Assembly: GCA_040388415.1 (NCBI GenBank)
Contig: JAZKBV010000001.1
Location: 74,369-138,368 of the forward strand
Length of the DNA stretch: 64,000 nt
From: Patescibacteria group bacterium
Lineage (GTDB): Bacteria > Patescibacteriota > Minisyncoccia > Phycocordibacterales > PALSA-1337
Direction of reading: 5' to 3'
Made by a program: the position numbers and the translations under genes. Under the pieces are notes generated by a model, which was not told the origin of the DNA, made no database searches, and saw only the letters and a program-made list of their open reading frames with translations. Below, piece after piece: positions 9,516-18,876 of the stretch. Within the stretch, counting starts at the first letter, position 1. Each line of letters starts with the position of its first letter.

Positions 9516-10235
9516 ATGCGACGCTTCCTTATCTTTTCTATCGTTTGTTTGGTGCTGGTCATTATCGGCATGGGTGGGTTCTATTTCATCAAAAACTTCA
9601 CCTATACGCGCCATATCACTTTGCCGCCTCAGTTGCTCGCTTCATCTTCGACCGATGTCGTTGTAGGGCAAGACCAGTCTTTTGTGCAACCAGAGGCATT
9701 TGGCCAAAAAGATCCTACGTCGCTCAATCCCGCCTCTACTACTGTAGTCATGAGCGCATGGAAGACCTATACAAATAACGAACTTGGCTTCTCAGTCAAA
9801 TACCCTAAAGATCTAGTTGTGAACACTGGTGTGCCAGGCAGTTTGGTTTTGGCTGCGCCAAAGGACAAATATTTCCACTGGCCATTGCTCGATGATGCGA
9901 AGATAACTATCACAGTGAGCACGTCATGCCCAACCTTCGTCAGCGAACAAGCGCCAAGCAATGTCGCTTCAGTGCCAGTTGGCGACCACACATTCACGCG
10001 TGGTGAGTCAGCCGACGCGGCAGCAGGCAATATATATCGCGAGCTTGCCTACGATACAATGATCAACGGTCTCTGTTATCGTCTAAGCTTGTTCGATCAT
10101 GGCGCAAATGGGGCAGGATTGTATGTGTCAGGACAGGCCCTCATCTCCCAGTATGAAGCTCAACATCAGGTAGACCTTGATAAGCTCGTCGGCATATTTA
10201 TGGGGATGATCAAGAGCTTTTCTATAGAAATATAG
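9516..10235 (+). CDS. N-terminally anchored extracytoplasmic protein, unknown function (paralog A)
   Basis: Single N-terminal TM. Shares an 'ELGFSVKYP' block with the next gene. Confidence 0.45.
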   Translation: MRRFLIFSIVCLVLVIIGMGGFYFIKNFTYTRHITLPPQLLASSSTDVVVGQDQSFVQPEAFGQKDPTSLNPASTTVVMSAWKTYTNNELGFSVKYPKDLVVNTGVPGSLVLAAPKDKYFHWPLLDDAKITITVSTSCPTFVSEQAPSNVASVPVGDHTFTRGESADAAAGNIYRELAYDTMINGLCYRLSLFDHGANGAGLYVSGQALISQYEAQHQVDLDKLVGIFMGMIKSFSIEI

Positions 10236-10288
10236 CCTCAACAGGCCCTTTGTGCTATATTAACTCATTATATAGATAATTATTCACT

Positions 10289-10990
10289 ATGAAATCAATC
10301 AAAAACATCGTTATCGGTATCATCGTCGTTATCATCCTTGTCGTCGTAGGCATGTTCCTTCGCTCAAATAAGGCCGCTGCCCCAGTAGACGTCATCGGTG
10401 ATGCATCAGCTCCAACGAGCGAAGCAAAGCCAGGCACTGCTGTCGCAGTCTCTGAAACAACAAAGGTATCATCTTCTCTTTCAGCATATCAAAATGCCGA
10501 GCTCGGTTTTTCAGTTAAATACCCTATCTCTTGGGAAAAAGAAGAGGCGAATGCAGGCGTGAATTTCATCATCCCTATCGACAAAAATCAGGTTTCAACG
10601 GTCGCTACTCTCCAGGCTAACATTCAAGCATTTTCAGGTACGTGCGCATTCCCACCAGTCACGACCATCAAGACTCGCGATACTGTCAAAGTCGGCGATC
10701 TTAAATTCAACATGATCTCAATGAGCAACACAGTACAGAGCCGTACGTATTTTAATCGCATGTACTCACTCCAGCAGGGCAATGTCTGTTATATGTTCTC
10801 ATTCGCTTCTATCACACTCTCACCATCATCAAAGGGTCTCACTGGATCAAACGCTATCCAAGCAGAGAACAATAACAAGGCTATCACTGCAACCGCAGAC
10901 GCTGACTTCACTGCTATGGTCAAATCATTCGCTGTCGTTACGACTCCAGCAGGACAGGATGAAGGAACTGTTGCTCCAGCTAAGAAATAA
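10289..10990 (+). CDS. N-terminally anchored extracytoplasmic protein, unknown function (paralog B)
   Basis: Single N-terminal TM. 'NAELGFSVKYPISW' is paralogous to the upstream gene. Confidence 0.45.
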   Translation: MKSIKNIVIGIIVVIILVVVGMFLRSNKAAAPVDVIGDASAPTSEAKPGTAVAVSETTKVSSSLSAYQNAELGFSVKYPISWEKEEANAGVNFIIPIDKNQVSTVATLQANIQAFSGTCAFPPVTTIKTRDTVKVGDLKFNMISMSNTVQSRTYFNRMYSLQQGNVCYMFSFASITLSPSSKGLTGSNAIQAENNNKAITATADADFTAMVKSFAVVTTPAGQDEGTVAPAKK

Positions 10991-10991
10991 C

Positions 10992-11555
10992 ATGACCACA
11001 AGTAAAAAAATTATTCTCAGTATCCTCGCACTCGTACTCCTTGTCATTCTCTATGGTTGGACAACATACAACAGCCTCGTAGTGATGAAAGAAGCGACGA
11101 CTATGCAATGGCAACAGGTTGAGACTCAATATCAGCGTCGTGTGGATCTCATTCCAAATCTCGTCGCTGCCGCGCAGGGCGTCATGAAGCAAGAGACAGC
11201 AGTCTTTACGGCTCTTGCTGATGCACGCGCTCACTATGCTGGTGCAACGACGCAAAACGACAAAGTCGCTGCGGCAAATCAAGTCGAGTCAGCATTTGGA
11301 CGTTTGCTCGCCGTCGTTGAAAATTATCCTACGCTCAAATCATCTGAAGCGGTCCAGAGCCTCATGGTAGAGAATGCAGGCACCGAAAACCGCATCGCAG
11401 TCGAACGTCAGCGTTACAACACTGATGTTCAAGCATATGAGGTTGCTATCAAGCGTTTCCCTCGCTCAGTTATCGCTTCAATGTTTGGTTTCAGTGACAT
11501 AACATACTTCCAGTCTGATGCGGGCGCAGACAAGGCTCCACAGGTGAAATTCTAA
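10992..11555 (+). CDS. lemA: LemA family protein
   Basis: Start set to the ATG at 10992, 1 nt after the upstream stop (the listed ORF at 10782 overlaps the upstream gene). N-terminal TM plus 'YNSLVVMKEATTMQWQQVETQYQRRVDLIPNLV...AVVENYPTLKSSEAVQSL' is the LemA signature. Confidence 0.8.
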   Translation: MTTSKKIILSILALVLLVILYGWTTYNSLVVMKEATTMQWQQVETQYQRRVDLIPNLVAAAQGVMKQETAVFTALADARAHYAGATTQNDKVAAANQVESAFGRLLAVVENYPTLKSSEAVQSLMVENAGTENRIAVERQRYNTDVQAYEVAIKRFPRSVIASMFGFSDITYFQSDAGADKAPQVKF

Positions 11556-11566
11556 GCAATACAATT

Positions 11567-12487
11567 GTGCGTACATATATACTCACAATTATAGCGGCAT
11601 TAACACTCCCTGCGAGTGTTTTTGCTTATACAAGTCCAGGTAAGCCGGTCGGGTTGGTGAATGATTTTGCTAAAGTGCTTTCAAATGAGGATAGTATCAC
11701 TCTTGGAACGAAGCTTCTCGAACTTAATAAAACAACAGGCATAGAGCTAGTGGTGGTGACGGTGCCCAGCCTCGGTGATGAGACGAATGAGACATACGCC
11801 GTAAAACTCTTTGAAGAGTGGGGCATTGGTGCAAGCAAGACGGCTTCTCAAAAGACTGGCGCGCTTCGCGATGGCGGTATCCTTATTCTCGTCGCGCCAA
11901 ATGACAAAGAAGCGCGCATAGAAGTCGGTTATGGTCTCGAAGGTACGATCACTGACACGCAAGCAAATGCCGTTGTTCAGAAAGTGATGATTCCAGCATT
12001 TAAAACAGGGAATTATTCCCAAGGCATCGATGATGCTGTTGATGCACTTTCGGGACTGATCGCGGGCGATCCATCAACGACAGCGAACTATTCTCAATCT
12101 GGAGCACAGTCAAACTCCTCATCAGAAAAGAGCAGTCCTTTCGCTTATTTCTTTTTCGTCGTGATTGCATTCAATATTTTAGTGAAAGTTCTTGGTAAGA
12201 CGAAATCATGGTGGCTTGGTGGCGTTCTTGGGGCTACTGCTGGCGCAGTTATTGGTTTTATTTGGGGATTCTTTTATCTCGGTATTGGTGCGGTAGTGAT
12301 TCTGACTATCCTCGGGCTTATCTTTGACTTCATTGTTTCAAAGCATCCGCCACGTGATGGTGGTGGCGGAGGATTTTGGCCGATATTTTTTGGTGGCGGA
12401 GGCAGTGGAAGCGGTTTCGGAGGAGGAGGCTTCGGTGGTTTTGGTGGTGGTGGGTCAGGAGGTGGTGGGGCAAGCGGTAGGTGGTAA
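11567..12487 (+). CDS. TPM-domain protein (TLP18.3/Psb32/MOLO-1 family phosphatase-like), C-terminal TM and Gly-rich tail
   Basis: GTG start. 'LFEEWGIG....DGGILILVAPNDKEARIEVGYGLEGTITD' is a TPM/DUF477 core. The LemA-TPM gene pair is a conserved module. Confidence 0.7.
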   Translation: MRTYILTIIAALTLPASVFAYTSPGKPVGLVNDFAKVLSNEDSITLGTKLLELNKTTGIELVVVTVPSLGDETNETYAVKLFEEWGIGASKTASQKTGALRDGGILILVAPNDKEARIEVGYGLEGTITDTQANAVVQKVMIPAFKTGNYSQGIDDAVDALSGLIAGDPSTTANYSQSGAQSNSSSEKSSPFAYFFFVVIAFNILVKVLGKTKSWWLGGVLGATAGAVIGFIWGFFYLGIGAVVILTILGLIFDFIVSKHPPRDGGGGGFWPIFFGGGGSGSGFGGGGFGGFGGGGSGGGGASGRW

Positions 12488-12494
12488 TAAAAAT

Positions 12495-12581
12495 GGAGGA
12501 TTCGCATAGTGGTCTAGTGCACCACCTTGGAAAGGTGGCATACCTTAACGGGTATCGAGAGTTCGAATCTCTCATCCTCCG
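12495..12581 (+). tRNA. tRNA-Ser (anticodon GGA), long variable arm
   Basis: Acceptor GGAGGAT/ATCCTCC. Anticodon stem CCACC/GGTGG with loop TTGGAAA. Long variable arm. T-loop GTTCGAATC. No encoded CCA. Confidence 0.8.
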
Positions 12582-12650
12582 CACAATAGTTTTTAGTATA
12601 CTCCCAATAAAAAATCGCCAAACATTGCTGCTGGGCGATTCGCGAAGTTG

Positions 12651-13670
12651 CTATTGTTTCTTCAACCGGAAGAACGAATTGCTGTTGGTTGTCGAAACAG
12701 TCACATAGTAGGTGCCATTCGTAACTGCCGGCACATTAGTGACACTCGACCAGTTCTTGAGGTCGGGACTGAGCTCGACGCGGTATTGCCACATGGACGG
12801 TTGGGTCCACGAGAGCTCGGCGTTGTTGAACGTCGTTTTCTTGTTCGCCTTGGTTACTGTGGTTTTAAACAACCTATCGACCTTGAGGGTGATAGGAATG
12901 TCCAAGTTTATCCCGGGGAGTCCGAGACTTACATTGGTGTATCCACATAACTGCGCCATGGCGATGGTGTCGAGGTCGCTCGGAAATACTCGCTCGCCAG
13001 GACTAAATGATCCTGACATGAGCGTTCTGTCCGAGACGTAGGCAATGTGGGGTGTTACACCTGAATTGTTGAACTGAAGTGGAATGTGTGCCCCGGCATA
13101 GGGTCTCGGTGCTGTAATGTCGATGTAACCATCGGCACTTTCGGCAATGAAACTGTAGTTCGGAGCAGCTAAACCACGGAAGTGCCCAACCTCATGCATA
13201 GCTGTTGTAAGAAGGTCAATATGTGTATCATCTGACGGTCCTCTGAAACAACGTGTTGCATTGATTGTGCCTCCACCGAGATTTGTTACAACCTCCTCGG
13301 TGTAGTTTGTATATTCTTCATTTAACTCAGGTGTTTCATCAAGAAACCAGGACAGATGCTTCGGATCGTTGTCGTTGTTGAAATAGAGTATTCCAACAGT
13401 CTCACGATTCGGAGTTCCACCTTGAACGAGTAGCGTGTGCTGTCCTCCGCCGATGTTTGTCCAGCCATAATATAAAGTGCCAGGCTGGAAATCGCGGACA
13501 GAATTTGTGTGGACCTTTACAGCGTAGGGGACAATGTTTGTGAGGCTACCTTTTCCAACTGAGTTCGTCGGAGGCGTACCCCCGATGTAGATCAGGTTGA
13601 TCTGTGCCTCTGCACGCTCGGTCAACATAATGAAGACGAGCGCGACCAGAATGCGAGTAATCGTTTTCAT
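12651..13670 (-). CDS. secreted putative zinc metallopeptidase (HEXXH)
   Basis: Start set to MKTITRIL (signal peptide). 'TAMHEVGHFRGLAAP' zincin motif. GC visibly higher than neighbours. Confidence 0.45.
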   Translation of the reverse strand: MKTITRILVALVFIMLTERAEAQINLIYIGGTPPTNSVGKGSLTNIVPYAVKVHTNSVRDFQPGTLYYGWTNIGGGQHTLLVQGGTPNRETVGILYFNNDNDPKHLSWFLDETPELNEEYTNYTEEVVTNLGGGTINATRCFRGPSDDTHIDLLTTAMHEVGHFRGLAAPNYSFIAESADGYIDITAPRPYAGAHIPLQFNNSGVTPHIAYVSDRTLMSGSFSPGERVFPSDLDTIAMAQLCGYTNVSLGLPGINLDIPITLKVDRLFKTTVTKANKKTTFNNAELSWTQPSMWQYRVELSPDLKNWSSVTNVPAVTNGTYYVTVSTTNSNSFFRLKKQ

Positions 13671-13774
13671 AATTTTGTTTTCAAATAGCGATTGTTTTGG
13701 TGTTATGAGCGGAATGCCCCTAACTACCACCTGATACTATTATACCACCTAAATATGGTATATGTCAATATAAG

Positions 13775-16582
13775 GTGAATTGTCCCCAAATACGGCTCTA
13801 TCTCTATGATATACTTGAGGATATGAAGCCTCTTTCTTTTGAAGGTCGAGAACCAGTATCAACTCCTCATGAAGAGCTTGCTCGCGTCCGTGGTGCCGTA
13901 GCAGAGCGTCATCTCGATGCTGAGCAAAACAATGAGTCGCTCGCTGAACATGAAGCGGCTATGGATGTTATCAATCAGTACGCCTCTATAGCGCCTAATG
14001 AAGTTCTGCACCCTGAATACGCCCTCAAAGATCATGAGTCGACTGAGATTGTCCTCAAGCTTTCGCCGGAGACGCATGACAAGCAGATGGAAAACCTCCT
14101 CGGCATCCTCGAAGAGCATGGCATACGCAATGCGCTCTCAGTCGTAGAAAAAATGAATAACCCTCACATCTACGACGACTTCCACCGTCTCTTGGTGCAG
14201 TTCATCGCCGGCGGACATTCGGTCCAAGGGTTGAAAGAAAGTGATCCGATCTGGAAGCCACTCCATATGTGCCTCTTTGAAGTGTCTCTCCCTGAAGCGA
14301 CCGAAGATGAAAAGAAAAAACAATTGAGCGAGCTTGTCTCAGGCATGGAGCAGTTCTATTCGGGTATGCTTTCTATCTCCAATGACCCGCGAAGCCAAGA
14401 ATACTTCACAATAGAGATCGCCAACTCAAATGGTAGCAATGAGTTTATCTTTTATGTTTCTGTACCCGATACCCGCAAGAGCCTTTTTGAAAAGCAGATC
14501 CTCTCGATGTTCCCAGGTGCGCACATCCATGAGCATACTGATGATTACAATGTATTTGATGCCACAGGTGCATCAGTTGCCTCATATGCGAACCTTGCCA
14601 AGCATACGCTGTATCCGCTCAAGATGTATGAGGAGTTTGATACTGATCCGCTGAGCTCGATACTCAATTCATTTTCAAAGATAGATAAAGATGGTGAAGG
14701 TGCGGCAGTCCAGCTCATCATCGGCAAGAGAGAAGATGGCTATGCCAAGGAATGTGGTAAGGCACTCGAAAAAATTCGCAAAGGAAAGAAGGTAGGTGAC
14801 GTTCTCGACGAGATCGACCAATCAGTCGGAGGCATGATCTTCAAAGATGCGCTCGGTATGTTCAAAGGTCAGGAGAAGATCGATAAAGAAAAAGAGGGTG
14901 AAGCAAAGCGCGCTCAAGCCCTCGATCAGGCGGTCATTGAACAATTCACAAAAAAGATGAATAGTCCGTTCATTGCGGTGAACTTGCGTATTGTCGCTTC
15001 AGCAGCTACACAAGTTGAGGCAGAAAATATCCTCGCTGATCTGCAGTCGAGCTTCAACCAGTTCGAACATGGCCAGGGCAATCGCATAAAGTGGACACGA
15101 GTGGCAAGTAATAAACTCGCAGAAACACTCAAAGAGTTTTCTCTGCGCACATTCAACTATAAAGAAAAGATGATTTTAAGTTTGGAGGAGATCACCACCT
15201 GCATCCATTTTCCTGCAACGAACGTGCACCATGCTGCGCCACAGCTCAAACAGTCAGAAGCAGGCACGGCACCCGCTCCGCTCGATCTACCACAAAAGGG
15301 TACGCTTATCGGCACCAATACGCACCGCGGTCAGGAAACGCCGATCTATATTTCACCGGAGGATCGCATGCGACACTTCTATGTCATCGGTCAGACGGGT
15401 ACCGGTAAGACGACCTTGCTCAAGAATATGATCATTCAAGATATCGAAGCGGGCAAAGGTGTCTGTTTCGTCGATCCGCACGGCTCAGATGTGAATGATA
15501 TCCTCGCTGCTATACCGAAGCATCGCTATGAAGATGTGATCTATTTTGACCCTGCATCGACTGACCGTCCGATGGCTCTCAACATGCTCGAGTATGATCC
15601 ACGTTTTCCAGAGCAAAAGACCTTCGTCGTCAATGAGATGTTCAGCATATTCCAAAAGCTCTACGGCAAAGTGCCTGAGTCGATGGGTCCAATGTTCGAA
15701 CAGTATTTCCGTAACGCCACGAACCTCGTCATCGAAGATCCTGAGTCAGGCTCAACGCTTCTCGATGTATCGCGCGTCATGTCCAACAAGGCCTTTCGTG
15801 AATTGAAAATATCAAAGTGTAAAAATCCCGTCGTCGTCCAGTTCTGGAAAGAGATCGCGGAGAAAGCCGGCGGTGAAGCGTCGCTGGCGAATGTGGTGCC
15901 GTATATCACCTCGAAGTTCGATGTATTCTTGGCGAACGATATCATGCGTCCGATCGTGGCGCAGGAACATTCGTCATTTAATTTCCGCGAGATCATGGAT
16001 GGTAAAAAGATATTATTGGTCAATCTCTCGAAGGGAAGGCTGGGCGATATCAACTCGCATCTCATCGGCCTCATCCTCGTTGGCAAGATCCTCATGGCAG
16101 CACTCTCGCGCGTTGATTCATTCGGCAAACCGATGAACGACTTCTTCCTGTATCTCGATGAGTTCCAAAATATCACTACTGACTCGATTGCGGTCATCCT
16201 CTCCGAGGCGCGCAAGTATCGTCTGTCGCTCACCATGGCGCATCAGTTCATCGCTCAGCTAGATGAAAAGATCAAAGATGCCGTCTTTGGCAACGTTGGA
16301 TCTATGGCAGTGTATCGCGTGGGCACTGAGGACGCAGAATTCTTTGAAAAACAGTTCACACCGACATTCAGCGTCAAAGATATCATCAGCCTCGATAACT
16401 TCAATTCATATGTGAAGTTGTTGACCAATGGTCGTCCTGCAAAGCCGTTCAGCATGCGCCACGTCGCGCCGAAGGCAGGCAATCTCGATCAAGTGCCAAA
16501 GCTCAAGGAGCTCTCAGCGCTCATGTATGGCAAGCTTCGGGCTGAGGTTGAGACAGAGGTTATGAAGAAGTATCAGAAATAA
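13775..16582 (+). CDS. large soluble P-loop ATPase: unrecognised about 480-aa N-terminal domain fused to a VirD4/TraD/TraG-family (DUF87 / TraG-D_C, FtsK-HerA superfamily) ATPase domain
   Basis: Walker A 'VIGQTGTGKTT'. 'FFLYLDEFQN' (Walker B-like), 'EARKYRLSLTMAHQF'. No predicted TM segments. True start may be the Met 16 codons downstream. Confidence 0.6.
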   Translation: MNCPQIRLYLYDILEDMKPLSFEGREPVSTPHEELARVRGAVAERHLDAEQNNESLAEHEAAMDVINQYASIAPNEVLHPEYALKDHESTEIVLKLSPETHDKQMENLLGILEEHGIRNALSVVEKMNNPHIYDDFHRLLVQFIAGGHSVQGLKESDPIWKPLHMCLFEVSLPEATEDEKKKQLSELVSGMEQFYSGMLSISNDPRSQEYFTIEIANSNGSNEFIFYVSVPDTRKSLFEKQILSMFPGAHIHEHTDDYNVFDATGASVASYANLAKHTLYPLKMYEEFDTDPLSSILNSFSKIDKDGEGAAVQLIIGKREDGYAKECGKALEKIRKGKKVGDVLDEIDQSVGGMIFKDALGMFKGQEKIDKEKEGEAKRAQALDQAVIEQFTKKMNSPFIAVNLRIVASAATQVEAENILADLQSSFNQFEHGQGNRIKWTRVASNKLAETLKEFSLRTFNYKEKMILSLEEITTCIHFPATNVHHAAPQLKQSEAGTAPAPLDLPQKGTLIGTNTHRGQETPIYISPEDRMRHFYVIGQTGTGKTTLLKNMIIQDIEAGKGVCFVDPHGSDVNDILAAIPKHRYEDVIYFDPASTDRPMALNMLEYDPRFPEQKTFVVNEMFSIFQKLYGKVPESMGPMFEQYFRNATNLVIEDPESGSTLLDVSRVMSNKAFRELKISKCKNPVVVQFWKEIAEKAGGEASLANVVPYITSKFDVFLANDIMRPIVAQEHSSFNFREIMDGKKILLVNLSKGRLGDINSHLIGLILVGKILMAALSRVDSFGKPMNDFFLYLDEFQNITTDSIAVILSEARKYRLSLTMAHQFIAQLDEKIKDAVFGNVGSMAVYRVGTEDAEFFEKQFTPTFSVKDIISLDNFNSYVKLLTNGRPAKPFSMRHVAPKAGNLDQVPKLKELSALMYGKLRAEVETEVMKKYQK

Positions 16583-16592
16583 TTTTAAATAT

Positions 16593-16988
16593 ATGGAAGG
16601 ATTAAAACAAAGTCAAAAATCATTTGGAGAATATGCAGCTCAAGCTGAGACTTTGTATCGTGATAAGCTGGAACTTGTAGCGGATAAGCTAGAAAAACTT
16701 GACCACGAAGGTTTAGCTGATGATGTAGTGTTAAGTGTTGAACTTGATAATACCAGTTTCAAACCAGATATATCTGATCTAAGTAATGATACGTATAAAG
16801 AAACAATGTCAGTTCGTGTACTCAAAGACCATTTAAAGAACGCGTACGGAGATTTTTCACCTGAAAAATGGTTGGAGAGTAAGCAAGATAGTAAGTTCGA
16901 TGACCCAAAAGACTTACTTGAGTTTTATAAGTCTGACCTCGATATTGAGAGCTTTGTCATACCTCACTTGTGGACGAAAGTTGAGTAG
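16593..16988 (+). CDS. small acidic protein of unknown function (AT-rich gene)
   Basis: 131-aa ORF immediately after the ATPase. About 35% GC against about 47% background. Confidence 0.4.
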   Translation: MEGLKQSQKSFGEYAAQAETLYRDKLELVADKLEKLDHEGLADDVVLSVELDNTSFKPDISDLSNDTYKETMSVRVLKDHLKNAYGDFSPEKWLESKQDSKFDDPKDLLEFYKSDLDIESFVIPHLWTKVE

Positions 16989-17030
16989 TATCATTTTGGA
17001 GCACGTAGTGGAAGTGATATAATAAGCCAC

Positions 17031-18002
17031 ATGACTAAAACTATATTTGTCACCCGCCAAATCCCAGAAGTAGGTATTTCTATGCTTCGCAACAAAGGCT
17101 ATATCGTAGATGTGCGCGAAAAATCTTCTATTCCTAGCCAGAAAGAGATCATTAAGGCGCTCAAAAAGAAACAGTACGATGCCATCGTTACTTTGTTGAC
17201 CGACAAGATCGACGCTGCGATTTTTGAAGCGGTGCCAACGGTGAAGATATATGCCAACTATGCGACTGGGTTTGATAATGTAGATACGATTGAAGCAGCA
17301 AAAAAGGGGATCGTGATCACTAATGCGCCAGCAGTCTCTACGTCTGAAGCTGTCGCTGAACATACTTTCGCTCTCATGCTTTCATTGGCAGCACGCATAG
17401 TAGAAGCAGATGAGTTCGTCCGTCGAGGAAAATACGCTGGTTGGGATCCGATGAATTTTATCGGCACTGATATTCTCGGCAAGACGCTTGGTCTCATCGG
17501 TGCCGGTCGTATCGGTGGGCAAGTCGCGCATTATGCAAAAGCATTTGGTTTGAAGATCCTATACACCGACGTGAAGAGAAATGAAATGATAGAAAAAGAA
17601 AGTGGTGCGATTTATTTCGCCACTCCAGAAGAAGTGCTCAAGCAGGCAGACATCGTCAGCTTGCATGTGCCTCTCATGGACTCGACCAAGCACCTCATCA
17701 ATACAGAGCGTTTGTCGATGATGAAGAAGAGCGCTTTCTTAGTGAACACATCACGCGGTCCTATTGTCGATGAAGAGGCTCTTGTTGAAGCGTTACAGAA
17801 TAGAACAATCGCTGGTGCAGGTTTGGATGTATTTGAATTTGAACCAAAGCTGATGAAAGGCTTAACGAAATTGGACAACGTCATTCTTACTCCACACATT
17901 GCTTCAGCGAGTGATACTGCACGCAATGAAATGTCGCAACTCGTCGCACAGAATATCATCGATTTCTTTGAAGGCAAAGTGCCGGCAAATAAAGTGAATT
18001 AG
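17031..18002 (+). CDS. D-isomer-specific 2-hydroxyacid dehydrogenase (glycerate/hydroxypyruvate reductase or PGDH-like)
   Basis: 'GLIGAGRIGGQVAHYAKAFGLKILYTD' NAD-binding motif and catalytic region 'NTSRGPIVDE...LDVFEFEP...LTPHIAS'. Confidence 0.8.
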   Translation: MTKTIFVTRQIPEVGISMLRNKGYIVDVREKSSIPSQKEIIKALKKKQYDAIVTLLTDKIDAAIFEAVPTVKIYANYATGFDNVDTIEAAKKGIVITNAPAVSTSEAVAEHTFALMLSLAARIVEADEFVRRGKYAGWDPMNFIGTDILGKTLGLIGAGRIGGQVAHYAKAFGLKILYTDVKRNEMIEKESGAIYFATPEEVLKQADIVSLHVPLMDSTKHLINTERLSMMKKSAFLVNTSRGPIVDEEALVEALQNRTIAGAGLDVFEFEPKLMKGLTKLDNVILTPHIASASDTARNEMSQLVAQNIIDFFEGKVPANKVN

Positions 18003-18012
18003 TAGAACGAAA

Positions 18013-18867
18013 ATGACCAATAACCAAGATACAATGACCAATGAAAGTATAAAAGTTCGTTCGCGGGCGCAGATTGTTGCGACACTCGGTCCGGTGACGA
18101 ACTCATATGAACAGATCAAAGCTCTTGCTCAAGCAGGTGCAGACGTCTTCCGTCTTAACTTTTCCTGGGGTGATTTTGACGAGCACAGGGAACAGATCAA
18201 GAACATCCGCAAAGCAGAGGCAGAGCTCGGCATACCACTTGTTATTCTCGAGGACGTGCCTGGCCCACGAATCCAAAAAATGACTGGACATGGCTACAAT
18301 CATGAATCTATCAAGGCGCTCACTGATCATGACCGCGAATGTATTATGCTTGGTATTGCTGAAGGCGTGGACTACATAGCGCTTTCTTTCGTCGGCACAG
18401 TCGAAGATATAGAAGAATGCCGTCAATTCATCAAAGAAAAGGGGGGCAAACAACGCGTCATAGCTAAGATTGAACGCGCTATCGCGGTGCAAAATCTCGT
18501 GCCTATCGTCATGAGCGCAGATGCTCTCATGGTAGCGCGCGGAGACCTCGGCGAAGAGGTTCCTTTGGAGCAGATCCCTTTCGTGCAAGCAGATATCATC
18601 AGTCGCGCCAACAACGCAGGGAAGCCGGTCATCACTGCCACGCAGATGATGCTTTCAATGGTCGATCATGCAACGCCGACACGTGCTGAAGTTACAGATG
18701 TCGAAGCAGCAATCATGCAAGGTTCAGATGCAGTAATGCTCTCAGAAGAAACAGCAAAGGGGACGCATGCGCTCGAAGCAGTGACTATGATGGAAAAGAT
18801 TCTTGTTGAAGCAGAGAAGCATGTGCCAAAAGATCGTTCGTTCAATCTTTTTAAGAGACTCGCGTAA
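18013..18867 (+). CDS. pyk: pyruvate kinase, truncated form (TIM-barrel core only; no C-terminal allosteric domain, B-domain reduced)
   Basis: 'QIVATLGPVTNSYEQIKALAQAGADVFRLNFSWG', 'DVPGPRIQ', 'MVARGDLGEEVP', 'MLSEETAKGTHALEAV' match the pyruvate kinase barrel. Only 284 aa. Confidence 0.65.
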   Translation: MTNNQDTMTNESIKVRSRAQIVATLGPVTNSYEQIKALAQAGADVFRLNFSWGDFDEHREQIKNIRKAEAELGIPLVILEDVPGPRIQKMTGHGYNHESIKALTDHDRECIMLGIAEGVDYIALSFVGTVEDIEECRQFIKEKGGKQRVIAKIERAIAVQNLVPIVMSADALMVARGDLGEEVPLEQIPFVQADIISRANNAGKPVITATQMMLSMVDHATPTRAEVTDVEAAIMQGSDAVMLSEETAKGTHALEAVTMMEKILVEAEKHVPKDRSFNLFKRLA

Positions 18868-18876
18868 ATCACACAC

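Noticed and set aside
10782-10991. N-terminal 70 codons of the listed LemA ORF
   Set aside because: They overlap the upstream paralog B in another frame. The LemA TM helix begins at the Met at 10992.
12360-12480. Possible tandem-repeat or CRISPR-like periodicity in GGT/GGC-rich DNA
   Set aside because: It is simply the glycine-rich C-terminal tail of the TPM protein. There is no spacer-repeat architecture and no cas genes. No CRISPR array is evident anywhere in the window.
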